The notes under the pieces are model-generated. The model did no database searches. It had not been told where the DNA came from and was given only the letters and a program-made list of their open reading frames with translations. Both the position numbers and the translations under genes were made by a program. Positions 10,117 to 18,129 of a stretch of DNA of 61,285 bases are shown here, piece by piece; the stretch's first letter is position 1, and every line of letters begins with the position of its first letter. Source of the DNA: an uncultured Anaerolinea sp. (lineage in GTDB: Bacteria; Chloroflexota; Limnocylindria; Limnocylindrales; CSP1-4); the NCBI GenBank assembly GCA_964625345.1, contig CAZVDO010000004.1, positions 14,291 through 75,575 on the forward strand, given 5' to 3'.

Positions 10117-11465
10117 GTCGTGTACTCCGCATTCTCGATCACGTAGGCCTCCGTGAGGTCGCACCCGAATGCCTCGCCAACGCCGGAGCCGAGGCCCAGG
10201 TCGAGCCGGACGACGATCTCCGGGCCGGCCATCGCCGCGCGGGCAGCGACTCGATCGAACGGGAGGGGTCCGCCGGCCGTGCCGTCGAACACGAGGTGGC
10301 CGGCGATCGCGATCCGGAGGCGGCTCGGGTCGAGGGATGCGGACCGACCGGCGCGCAGCGCGGCCTCGTCGGGTGACAGGCCGGCCGCCTCGAGCACGGC
10401 CGCGTCGGGGAGTCGCGCGTTTCCCGCGGCGCCAGCCACGCGGCCCCAGTTCGGGTCCTTGCCGTGGGCGGCCGCCTTGACCAGGCTGCTCGAGATCACG
10501 GCGCGTGCCACGGCCCGCGCGTCGGCCGCATCGGCGGCGCCGCTCACCTGGCAGGTGAGCAGGCAGGTCGCCCCTTCGCCGTCGGCCGCCTGCTGCCGCG
10601 CCAGGTCGCGGGCCACGGCCTCGATCGCCCGGCCAAGTTCGGCGGCTGCCGTGCTCCCGGCCAGGACCGGGGCGGCCGCCGCCGCGCCCGAGGCGAGCAG
10701 GAAGACCGTGTCGTTCGTGCTCGTGTCGCCGTCGACGCTGAGCTGGTTCCAGGTCCGGGCCGCCGCGGGCCGCAACAGGTCGCGCAGGACCGCCGGATCG
10801 GCCGCGGCGTCCGTCACGATCACCGCGAGCATCGTGGCCATGCCGGGGTGGATCATCCCGACCCCCTTGGCGATCCCGCTGACGGTCACGGTCACCGGCC
10901 GTCCCTCGGTATCGGGGAGCTCCACGCTCACGCTGGCCGCCTTCGTCACCGAATCGGTGGTTCGGAGGGCCTCGGCGGCCGCCGCGAGCCCGGCATCAGT
11001 CGGCTCGAGCGTCGGAGCGAGGGCGGCCAGGCCGGCGGCGACCCGATCGAGCGGGAGCCGGGTCCCGATGATCCCGGTCGAGAGGTGGAGCACGTCGCCC
11101 TCAGCGACGCCGACCGCACCTGCGGTGAGCCGGCCCACCTCGGCCTGGTCGGCGTCCCCGGCGGGCCCGGTCGCGGCATTGGCGCAGCCGCTCGTGGAGA
11201 CGATGGCCCGGACGTGGCCGTGGGAGGCCGCGAGCACCGCCTGCGAGCGGCGAACAGGAGCCGCGGCGAACCCGTTGCGCGTGAACACGGCTGCGGCCGT
11301 CGCCCCTCCCGGCGCGACGATCAGGGCCAGGTCGGGCCGGCCACTTGCCTTGATGCCCGCCGCGCGGCCGCCCGCGACGAAGCCGTCCGGCAGCCGGGCC
11401 GCGCGGGCGACCGCCGGGAGCGTCGGCGGCAGCGGCTCGAGCGCGGCGGCGTCGGCGATCGTCAC
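10113..11465 (-). CDS. argJ: Bifunctional glutamate N-acetyltransferase / amino-acid acetyltransferase
   Basis: 450-aa ORF. Self-cleavage region HPGMATMLAVIVTDA and STNDTVFLLASG. The GTG start overlaps the argC stop (GTGA 11462-11465). Confidence 0.95.
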   Translation of the reverse strand: MTIADAAALEPLPPTLPAVARAARLPDGFVAGGRAAGIKASGRPDLALIVAPGGATAAAVFTRNGFAAAPVRRSQAVLAASHGHVRAIVSTSGCANAATGPAGDADQAEVGRLTAGAVGVAEGDVLHLSTGIIGTRLPLDRVAAGLAALAPTLEPTDAGLAAAAEALRTTDSVTKAASVSVELPDTEGRPVTVTVSGIAKGVGMIHPGMATMLAVIVTDAAADPAVLRDLLRPAAARTWNQLSVDGDTSTNDTVFLLASGAAAAAPVLAGSTAAAELGRAIEAVARDLARQQAADGEGATCLLTCQVSGAADAADARAVARAVISSSLVKAAAHGKDPNWGRVAGAAGNARLPDAAVLEAAGLSPDEAALRAGRSASLDPSRLRIAIAGHLVFDGTAGGPLPFDRVAARAAMAGPEIVVRLDLGLGSGVGEAFGCDLTEAYVIENAEYTT

Positions 11466-12574
11466 GGCGCCACCGGCAGGTTCGTGAGCCCCGCGGTCTC
11501 GGGCAGGCCGAACACGAGGTTGAACGCCTGCACGCCCTGGCCCGCCGCGCCCTTCACGAGGTTGTCGATCGCGCCCAGGGCGAGGATCCGGCCCGTCCGC
11601 TCGTTGACCCGGACGTGCACCCGCACCTCGTTGCTCGCGCGGACGTGGCCGGTGGCCGGTGGCTGGTCCGTCACCGTGACGAACGGTTCATCTCGGTATG
11701 CCGCCTCGTACAGGGCGTCGAGCTCAGCCTGGCTCACCGGTCGGGTCGGGCGCACATGGCCCGAAGCGAGGATCCCCCGTGTCATCGGGATCAGGTGGGG
11801 GAGGAAGTCCAGGGGCGGGATCGCGCCGGCGCCGCCGGCCGCGGCGAGCGCCCCGAGCTCCTGCTCCATCTCGGCGGTGTGGCGGTGGCGGAACACGCCG
11901 TACGCGCGGACGCTCTCGTTGACCTCGGCGAAGAGCATCTCGGCTTTCGCCTCGCGACCAGCCCCGCTCACCCCGCTCTTGGCGTCGACGACGAGGTCGC
12001 CGATGAGCCCGGCCCGGGCGAGTGGCGCCAGCGCCAGCACGGTGGCAGTCGGGTAGCAGCCCGGCGAGCCGACGAGGGCCGGGGTTCCCGCGGCGCGGGC
12101 GGCACCGGACCGGACGAGCTCCGCCCGATGGAGCTCCGGCAGCCCGAACACCGCGCGTTCCAGGAGTTCCGGATGGGGATGCTCGAAGCCGTACCAGGCC
12201 GGGTAGTCGGCCGGGTTGCGAAGCCGGAAGTCGGGTCCCTGGTCGATCACGGTCACGCCGGTCGCGAGGAGGTCCGGCACCTGCTGTGCCGCCACGCCGT
12301 GCGGCAGCGCCAGGAAGATGGCATCGACCTCGGCGGCCAGCGCTTCGTCGAGCCGCAGGCCCGTGCCGGAGAGGTGCGGATGCACGGCCTCCACCGGGGT
12401 GCGATCGCGGCCCCGGCCGGTCAGCCCGACGAGCTCGACGTTCGGGTGTCGTCCCAGGATGCGAATGAGCTCGCCGCCGACATAGCCGGTCGAGCCCACG
12501 ATCCCGACGCGGACGGGCCGGCCGGGCGAGGTCGAGGCATCGATGGCGGGTTCGGAAGCGGCGATCGGGGGCAT
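11462..12574 (-). CDS. argC: N-acetyl-gamma-glutamyl-phosphate reductase
   Basis: ORF 11462-12592. Motifs VGIVGSTGYVGGELIRIL, PGCYPTA, KSGVSGAGR. The track start is GTG 12592. I prefer the in-frame ATG 12574 because TATAGT (12589-12584, reverse strand) lies 9 nt upstream of it. Confidence 0.93.
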   Translation of the reverse strand: MPPIAASEPAIDASTSPGRPVRVGIVGSTGYVGGELIRILGRHPNVELVGLTGRGRDRTPVEAVHPHLSGTGLRLDEALAAEVDAIFLALPHGVAAQQVPDLLATGVTVIDQGPDFRLRNPADYPAWYGFEHPHPELLERAVFGLPELHRAELVRSGAARAAGTPALVGSPGCYPTATVLALAPLARAGLIGDLVVDAKSGVSGAGREAKAEMLFAEVNESVRAYGVFRHRHTAEMEQELGALAAAGGAGAIPPLDFLPHLIPMTRGILASGHVRPTRPVSQAELDALYEAAYRDEPFVTVTDQPPATGHVRASNEVRVHVRVNERTGRILALGAIDNLVKGAAGQGVQAFNLVFGLPETAGLTNLPVAP

Positions 12575-12583
12575 GGGCGCATG

Positions 12584-12589
12584 ACTATA
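12584..12589 (-). promoter_or_regulatory. Candidate -10 element (TATAGT) for a near-leaderless argC transcript
   Basis: Reverse strand reads TATAGT, 9 nt before ATG 12574. Pattern only, no experimental support. Confidence 0.35.
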
Positions 12590-12595
12590 CACGTC

Positions 12596-12613
12596 ACTGA
12601 ATATCCATGCACA
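12596..12613 (-). promoter_or_regulatory. ARG-box-like ArgR operator
   Basis: Reverse strand reads TGTGCATGGATATTCAGT, compared with the classical ARG box TNTGAATWWWWATTCANW. Half-sites are TGCAT and ATTCA. It sits in an AT-rich patch immediately upstream of argC. Confidence 0.5.
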
Positions 12614-12664
12614 ACGCGGCTCGACGCCGCCCGCGCGGATCTCTCCGGCCGGGACGGCCTGCGC

Positions 12665-13156
12665 TCAGGCGACGGGGTCGGGCCTGCGGTACGGGCCCGT
12701 CACGACGACCTCGCCTTCGGCCGCGAACGGCGTCGGGCCCGTGTTCCGGACCACGTACCGATGGTGGACCTCGGTCGCACCTGCCGAGAGCATCGCGTTC
12801 ACCGGGCAGTACTTCGTGGCCGAGAGCTCGATGCATCGCCGGATGGCGGCCTCGTCCACCGCCGGCCCATCGACCTCGTGGGTGACATCCACGCGGGTCA
12901 GCACCTGGGGATAGGCGTCGCGCTGCTCGGCGTGCACGTGGACCGCGTACCGGTCGATGCCCTGCCGCTTCTTGAGTGCGATCGAGATGACATCCATCGC
13001 GCTGCAGGCACCGAGGGCCACGGCAACGGTCTCGACGGGGCTCAGCTCGCCCTCGGCCATCGCGTCACCCCAGGCGAAGTGCCGGCCGGTGCCGGTGGTG
13101 GTGGCGAAGCGGTTGCCCCCCTCGTGGAGCAGGGTGGCCGTGCGGATCGTGGTCAT
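12665..13156 (-). CDS. OsmC/Ohr-family peroxiredoxin-like protein
   Basis: 163-aa ORF with ELSPVETVAVALGACSAMDVISIALKKR and ELSATKYCPVNAML (the two conserved Cys regions of OsmC). Confidence 0.85.
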   Translation of the reverse strand: MTTIRTATLLHEGGNRFATTTGTGRHFAWGDAMAEGELSPVETVAVALGACSAMDVISIALKKRQGIDRYAVHVHAEQRDAYPQVLTRVDVTHEVDGPAVDEAAIRRCIELSATKYCPVNAMLSAGATEVHHRYVVRNTGPTPFAAEGEVVVTGPYRRPDPVA

Positions 13157-13219
13157 GGCAGGCGCAGCGCCTCGTGCGGGTTCGTCGTGGGGAGCCCGTC
13201 GATCGTACCGCGAGCCGCG

Positions 13220-15196
13220 TCAGGCAGCGTCACCGGGCGCCGCCTGCGGCAGGTCACGGGGTTCGGCCGGTCCCTCGAACTGCTCACGGTAGAGGCGAGC
13301 GTAGAGGCCGCCCGCGGCCAGGAGCTCCGCGTGCGTCCCGCGCTCCACGATCCGTCCCGACCGGTAGACGAGGATCAGGTCGGCGCGGAGGATCGTCGAG
13401 AGCCGATGCGCGATCGCGATCGTGGTCCGGCCGCGTTCCAGCCGCTCGAGGGCCGCCTGGATCAACCGCTCGCTGACCGTGTCGAGCGCGGAGGTCGCCT
13501 CGTCGAGGATGAGCACGCGAGGGTTCTTGAGCAGCACCCGGGCGATCGCGATCCGCTGCTTCTCGCCGCCCGAGAGCTTGTAGCCGCGCTCGCCGACGAT
13601 CGTGTCGTAGGCGTCGGGCAGCTCCAGGATCCGGTCGTGGATCGCGGCCGCGCGGGCGGCGTCCTCGAGCTGCGCCTGGCTCGCGTCGGGACGGGCGTAG
13701 AGGAGGTTGTCGCGGACGCTGGCGTGGAACAGGTACGTCTCCTGCGTGACGAACCCGATGACGTCGCCGAGCGAGGCGAGGGTCAGCTTGCGGACGTCGT
13801 GGCCGTCGATCTCCACGGCGCCGGCGTCGACGTCGTAGAGCCGGGGCAGGAGGTAGGTCGTCGTGGTCTTGCCCGACCCGGACGGCCCGACCAGGGCGAC
13901 GAGCTGGCCCGGGGCCGCCTCGAAGTCGATCCCTTCGAGGCCGAACGGCAGCGGCGGCTCGGCCGGCCCGGCTGCGGGCGCGGCGTCCCCGGTGGCCGTG
14001 CCCTCGGCATCCGCCGGCTCCGGTGCCCGGCCCGGATACCGGAAGCGCACGTCGTGGAACCGGACCTGGCCGCGGACGGCGGCCGGGTCGAGGGCAACCG
14101 CGTCCGGGGCGTCGACGATCTCCGGGTCCATCTCCAGGTACTCGAAGATCCGGTCGAACAGGGCGAGGGCGCCCTGGATCTCGACCTGGACGTTGAGGAG
14201 CTGGCCGATCGGGAAGAACAGGCGCGACTGGAGGGTCGTGAACGCCACGATGTCGCCGATCGTGGGCGCCGACGGGTCGCCGTTGATCGCGAGCCACCCG
14301 GCCAGCCAGTAGACGAAGGCCGGGGTGATGGAGAACACCGTCCCGACGATCATGAAGAACCAGCGCCCGACGAGCGCCTGCCGGATCTGCAGGGCCGCGA
14401 GCTTCTTGTTGAGGCCCACGAACCGCCGTACGGCGGCACCCTGCTGCCCGAACGTCTTCGACAGGAGCATCCCGGAGACCGACAGGGTCTCCTCGGTCAC
14501 CGCGCTCATTTCCGCGAGCGACTGCTGGGTCTCGCTGCTGATCTCGCGCCGGACGCGGCCGACCCGGTAGGTCAGGACCATGAAGAACGGCAGCATGCCG
14601 AGGGAGAGCGCGGTCAGGCGCCAGTCGATGATCAGCATCGCGATGACCGTGCTGATGCCGATCGCGAGGTTCGAGGTCACGGACGAGGCCGTGTCGGTCA
14701 CGACCCCCTGCACGCCGCCCACGTCGTTGGCGAGCCGGCTCTGGATCTCGCCGGTCTTGGTCTCCGTGAAGAACCGCAGCGGCATCCCCTGCAGGTGCTC
14801 GTAGAGCGCGCCGCGCAGGTCCTGCATGACGTTCTGGCCGATGACGTTGTTCATGTACGTCTGGCCGAGGCCGATGAGCCCCGAGGCGATGGGGATCACG
14901 ATCATGAGCCCGACGTACAGGTTGAGGCGCCCGAAGTCGAGGCTCGGGATGGCGTCGTCGATCAGGAGCTTGAGGAGGATCGGGTTGACGAGGCCGAGAC
15001 CGCTCGTGACGAGGATCGCGCCCACGGCCAGCGCCACCTGGAGGCGGTAGGGCCGGAAGAACGCCGTGATCCGGCGCAGCGTGCGCGCCCGCCGCTCGGG
15101 CGGGATGGGCTCGTACGGAGTCGAGCTGCGCTTGCCCCCAATGCGTCCCGAACCCGGGCTCAGGTACCGGCCGCTCCGGCCGCCGCCCAGGCTCAC
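13220..15196 (-). CDS. ABC exporter, fused permease + ATPase (MsbA/CydDC-like half transporter)
   Basis: ORF 13220-15403 trimmed to in-frame GTG 15196, which overlaps the trxB stop (GTGA). Six-TM exporter domain, Walker A GPSGSGKTT, signature LSGGEKQRIAIARV, Walker B LILDEATSALD. Confidence 0.9.
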   Translation of the reverse strand: MSLGGGRSGRYLSPGSGRIGGKRSSTPYEPIPPERRARTLRRITAFFRPYRLQVALAVGAILVTSGLGLVNPILLKLLIDDAIPSLDFGRLNLYVGLMIVIPIASGLIGLGQTYMNNVIGQNVMQDLRGALYEHLQGMPLRFFTETKTGEIQSRLANDVGGVQGVVTDTASSVTSNLAIGISTVIAMLIIDWRLTALSLGMLPFFMVLTYRVGRVRREISSETQQSLAEMSAVTEETLSVSGMLLSKTFGQQGAAVRRFVGLNKKLAALQIRQALVGRWFFMIVGTVFSITPAFVYWLAGWLAINGDPSAPTIGDIVAFTTLQSRLFFPIGQLLNVQVEIQGALALFDRIFEYLEMDPEIVDAPDAVALDPAAVRGQVRFHDVRFRYPGRAPEPADAEGTATGDAAPAAGPAEPPLPFGLEGIDFEAAPGQLVALVGPSGSGKTTTTYLLPRLYDVDAGAVEIDGHDVRKLTLASLGDVIGFVTQETYLFHASVRDNLLYARPDASQAQLEDAARAAAIHDRILELPDAYDTIVGERGYKLSGGEKQRIAIARVLLKNPRVLILDEATSALDTVSERLIQAALERLERGRTTIAIAHRLSTILRADLILVYRSGRIVERGTHAELLAAGGLYARLYREQFEGPAEPRDLPQAAPGDAA

Positions 15197-16251
15197 CAGG
15201 CGGTCAGGGTGTTCGCCTCGGTCACCCCCTGGGCCTCGAGCCAGCGTTCTGCGTCGATCGCGGCCTTGCACCCGTCGCCGGCCGCGGTGATGGCCTGGCG
15301 ATAGCGGTGGTCGTGGACGTCGCCGGCGATGAACACGCCCTCGATTCGCGAGTGCGTCTCGTCGGTGACCACCAGGTAGCCCTTGGCGTCGACTTCCAGC
15401 CACTGCTGGAACGCCTCCGTGTTGGGCTTGTGGCCGATCGCGATGAACAGGCCCTCGACCGGCATCTCGCGCGCCGCGCCCGTAGCGGTGTCGCGGAGGG
15501 CCAGCGCGTGGACCTTGTCCTCGCCGATGACTTCCTCGATGGCCGTGTTCGTGTGGATCTCGATCTTCGGGTTCGCGTGCGCCCGTTCGACCATGATCCG
15601 GCTGGCCCGGAACTGGTCGCGACGATGGAGCAGGTGCACCTTGGACGCGAAGCGCGTGAGGTACGTGGCCTCCTCGAACGCCGTGTCACCGCCGCCGACG
15701 ACCGCGATCTCGCGATCCTTGAAGAAGAAGCCGTCGCAGGTTGCGCATGCCGACACGCCCCGCCCGCGGAGCCGGGTCTCGCTCTCGAGCCCCAGCCACA
15801 TGGCCGAGGCACCCGTCGCGACGATCACGGCCTCGGCCCGGTATTCGATGCCACGGGCCCACAGCCGGAACGGCCGGCTCGAGAGGTCCACGCGATCCAG
15901 GTCCGCGTCGATGATCTGGGTCCCGAAGCGCTCCGCCTGCGCGCGGAAGGCGGCCATGAGCTCCGGGCCCTGGACGCCGTCCGGGAAACCGGGGTAGTTC
16001 TCGACGTCGCTCGTGAGCATCAGCTGGCCGCCGGGCGCCGAGCCGGCGATCACGATGGGCTCGAGGTTGGCGCGAGCGGCGTAGATCGCGGCCGTCAGGC
16101 CGGCCGGACCCGACCCGACGATGACGACCTTGGCGTCGGTACGACCCGGACGCTCGGCGACGGACACCGGACCGTCGGCCTGGGGGGTCACGTCCGGTAC
16201 GAAGGCGATCGACAGCCCGCCGAAGGGGGAGCTGGAAGAGGACTCGTTCAC
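15193..16251 (-). CDS. trxB: Thioredoxin-disulfide reductase
   Basis: 352-aa ORF with a GTG start. Motifs VVIVGSGPAGLTAAIYAARA and redox centre CATCDGFFF. Confidence 0.95.
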   Translation of the reverse strand: MNESSSSSPFGGLSIAFVPDVTPQADGPVSVAERPGRTDAKVVIVGSGPAGLTAAIYAARANLEPIVIAGSAPGGQLMLTSDVENYPGFPDGVQGPELMAAFRAQAERFGTQIIDADLDRVDLSSRPFRLWARGIEYRAEAVIVATGASAMWLGLESETRLRGRGVSACATCDGFFFKDREIAVVGGGDTAFEEATYLTRFASKVHLLHRRDQFRASRIMVERAHANPKIEIHTNTAIEEVIGEDKVHALALRDTATGAAREMPVEGLFIAIGHKPNTEAFQQWLEVDAKGYLVVTDETHSRIEGVFIAGDVHDHRYRQAITAAGDGCKAAIDAERWLEAQGVTEANTLTAW

Positions 16252-16257
16252 GCGGTC

Positions 16258-16263
16258 ATCGTA
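16258..16263 (-). promoter_or_regulatory. Candidate -10 element (TACGAT) 6 nt upstream of the trxB GTG (leaderless pattern)
   Basis: Reverse strand reads TACGAT-gaccgc-GTG. Confidence 0.4.
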
Positions 16264-16332
16264 GCACGACCGCGATACTCCTAGGGGGTATGAGTCGCCG
16301 CGCGATCGCAGGACGCCCGGACAGGCGGCGGG

Positions 16333-17985
16333 TCAGTCCTCGTACCGGCGGAGGACGCCGGTGGGCGGCGGATTCGGGACGTCCTCCTTCAAGCGCGAGA
16401 TGCCCCGTCCGAGGGCCTCGCGCGCGCGCCGGAGGTCGGCGCCCTCTGTCATCGCAACGAGCATGCGAGGAGCGACGAGCTGGATGGCGGGACCGTATTC
16501 CGCCCGCAGCCGCTCGGGCCAGCGCGCCAGGAGCGCCTCGAGGTCCGGGGCAAGGTCGGATCGACCCGGCGCGCCGATGACCAGGAACTCGTCCCCGCCG
16601 TCGCGGACGGCGAGGGCAGCCGGCAGTTCGGCGAGTGCTGCGGCGAACGACCGGAGCAGCCGGTCGCCCATGTCCTGGCCGTTCGTGTTGTTGAACTCCC
16701 GGAAGCCGGCCAGGTCGCAGAAGGCGAAGCTGACCGGCATCGCCGCGATCGCGGGCAGCGTCTCGAAGAGGCGCGCGATCCGGTCGAAGGCCGCATAGCC
16801 GGGAATGCCGGTCTTTCGATCGAGCTCGATCCGCTGGTACGAGGGCCACCGGAACCGCTCGGCGAACGGCCGGCGGGCGGTTTCGAGCCACTCCACCACC
16901 GCCGCGGTGAGCCACGGGGTCTCGGGATCGAGGGCCCGCCACCAGCCGCCGGGCTCCTGGACCCGCGCGAACCACTCGGCGGTCGCGGTCGGGTCGTAGC
17001 CCGGGTCCAGGCTCCCGAGCAGGTCGGCGGCCGCGAGGGTCGTGAGGATGTCGGCAGGCTGGCCCTCGTCCGCGAATCCGCCGTCCGCCGTCTGCCGGGA
17101 GCGCACGAAGGCCACGATCCCGGGCAGCAGCGATGCGCGATACGAGAGTTGCCAGAGCGCGCCCCCGAGGTGAGCGTTCGCCGACACGAGCGGCACCGCC
17201 TCGAAGGGATACCGGGTCCCGCACACCAGCCCGGCCAGCCGGTAGGCGAGCGTGCCGTAGATGGTCGCGACGGCCAGGGCCAGCGGGTGGAACTGGGTGA
17301 GCGAGCCGGGTCGCCGCGTGAGCAGCCACACCGCGAACGTGTCGCGCCAGGGATCCTCGCCGTCCACCGAGGCCGCGAGGTCGGCTTCCATGCGCGGCTG
17401 GATCTCGGTCAGCAGCTCGGTTGCCGTCTGGGCGACCGCGGCATTCGTGCTCTCGCTCATCGTGACCAGGAAGTCCACGTTCTCCGCCAGGGCGATCGGC
17501 GCGAGCAGGCGATGGCCGTAGCCCGTCGGGTCGCGGTCCAGCCAATCGCGCTCCCGCGGCCGCCACAGGCCGCCGACCCGATCCGGCGATTCGTAGACCT
17601 CGGATCCGGGCATCGCGTCGCGGCCCAGCACCCATGGCGTGTCGCGTTCCCCCGGTCCCGCATTGCGCAGCCTCGTCCGCCACGCGCCGAGGACCGGGGA
17701 CGGGATGGCCGCCTCGCCGTGGCGCGCCGCGTAGCCGAGGATCGCTGGCAGCATCGGGTCGGTCAGGGGGAGGCGGCCCACCGCGTCGAGGAGCACCTCG
17801 TGGCCGCGGGCGACCGCACGATCGACGGAGACCTGGGCGCCGCTGGCACGGGGCGTGGGCGTCCGTCGATCCCGTGCCGGCGCCATGGGGTCGATCGGGG
17901 AGAAGCCGCCCGCGGTGCCCGCCCCCCGCGCAGGTTGGCCACGCGCGGGTTCGATGGGGATCGGCCACCCGCCCTTGACGGACAC
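16333..17985 (-). CDS. GGDEF-domain protein (putative diguanylate cyclase) with N-terminal terpene-cyclase/prenyltransferase-like repeats
   Basis: ORF 16333-18123. Preferred start is GTG 17985, preceded by gaaaggggg and a 6-nt spacer (ATG 17886 is an alternative). C-terminal GGDEF domain: FCDLAGFREFNNTNGQDMGD...VRDGGDEFLVIG. Upstream motifs SRQTADGGFADEG and VQEPGGWW resemble QW / alpha-alpha-toroid repeats. Confidence 0.8.
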   Translation of the reverse strand: MSVKGGWPIPIEPARGQPARGAGTAGGFSPIDPMAPARDRRTPTPRASGAQVSVDRAVARGHEVLLDAVGRLPLTDPMLPAILGYAARHGEAAIPSPVLGAWRTRLRNAGPGERDTPWVLGRDAMPGSEVYESPDRVGGLWRPRERDWLDRDPTGYGHRLLAPIALAENVDFLVTMSESTNAAVAQTATELLTEIQPRMEADLAASVDGEDPWRDTFAVWLLTRRPGSLTQFHPLALAVATIYGTLAYRLAGLVCGTRYPFEAVPLVSANAHLGGALWQLSYRASLLPGIVAFVRSRQTADGGFADEGQPADILTTLAAADLLGSLDPGYDPTATAEWFARVQEPGGWWRALDPETPWLTAAVVEWLETARRPFAERFRWPSYQRIELDRKTGIPGYAAFDRIARLFETLPAIAAMPVSFAFCDLAGFREFNNTNGQDMGDRLLRSFAAALAELPAALAVRDGGDEFLVIGAPGRSDLAPDLEALLARWPERLRAEYGPAIQLVAPRMLVAMTEGADLRRAREALGRGISRLKEDVPNPPPTGVLRRYED

Positions 17986-18106
17986 GCGACACCCCCTTTC
18001 CGCTGGACGCAGCAGGCCCCGAGGCCCGGTGGAGGTGCCGGGACCTCGTTCCCGCCATGCTCGCTCAGCACGCCACGACGGTCGAGTGAGAAGGAGGTAC
18101 CGGTGC

Positions 18107-18126
18107 CCGGTGCCGGCGGGCACCGG
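18107..18126 (-). terminator. 8-bp stem / 4-nt loop hairpin just after the LLM gene stop
   Basis: ccggtgcc-ggcg-ggcaccgg, 4 nt downstream (reverse strand) of the stop at 18130. Only a weak T-run follows. Confidence 0.35.
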
Positions 18127-18129
18127 CGA

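Noticed and set aside
11615-15304. 1229-aa + strand ORF, the longest in this part of the track
   Set aside because: It is antisense to argC, OsmC, the ABC exporter and trxB, all of which have clear motifs. The translation is R/G/D/E/P-rich low complexity with no recognisable motif. This is a typical high-GC antisense artefact.
16256-18058. 600-aa reverse-strand ORF in an alternative frame over the GGDEF gene
   Set aside because: It is R/P/G-rich with no motif. The other frame (16333-18123) contains an intact GGDEF domain.
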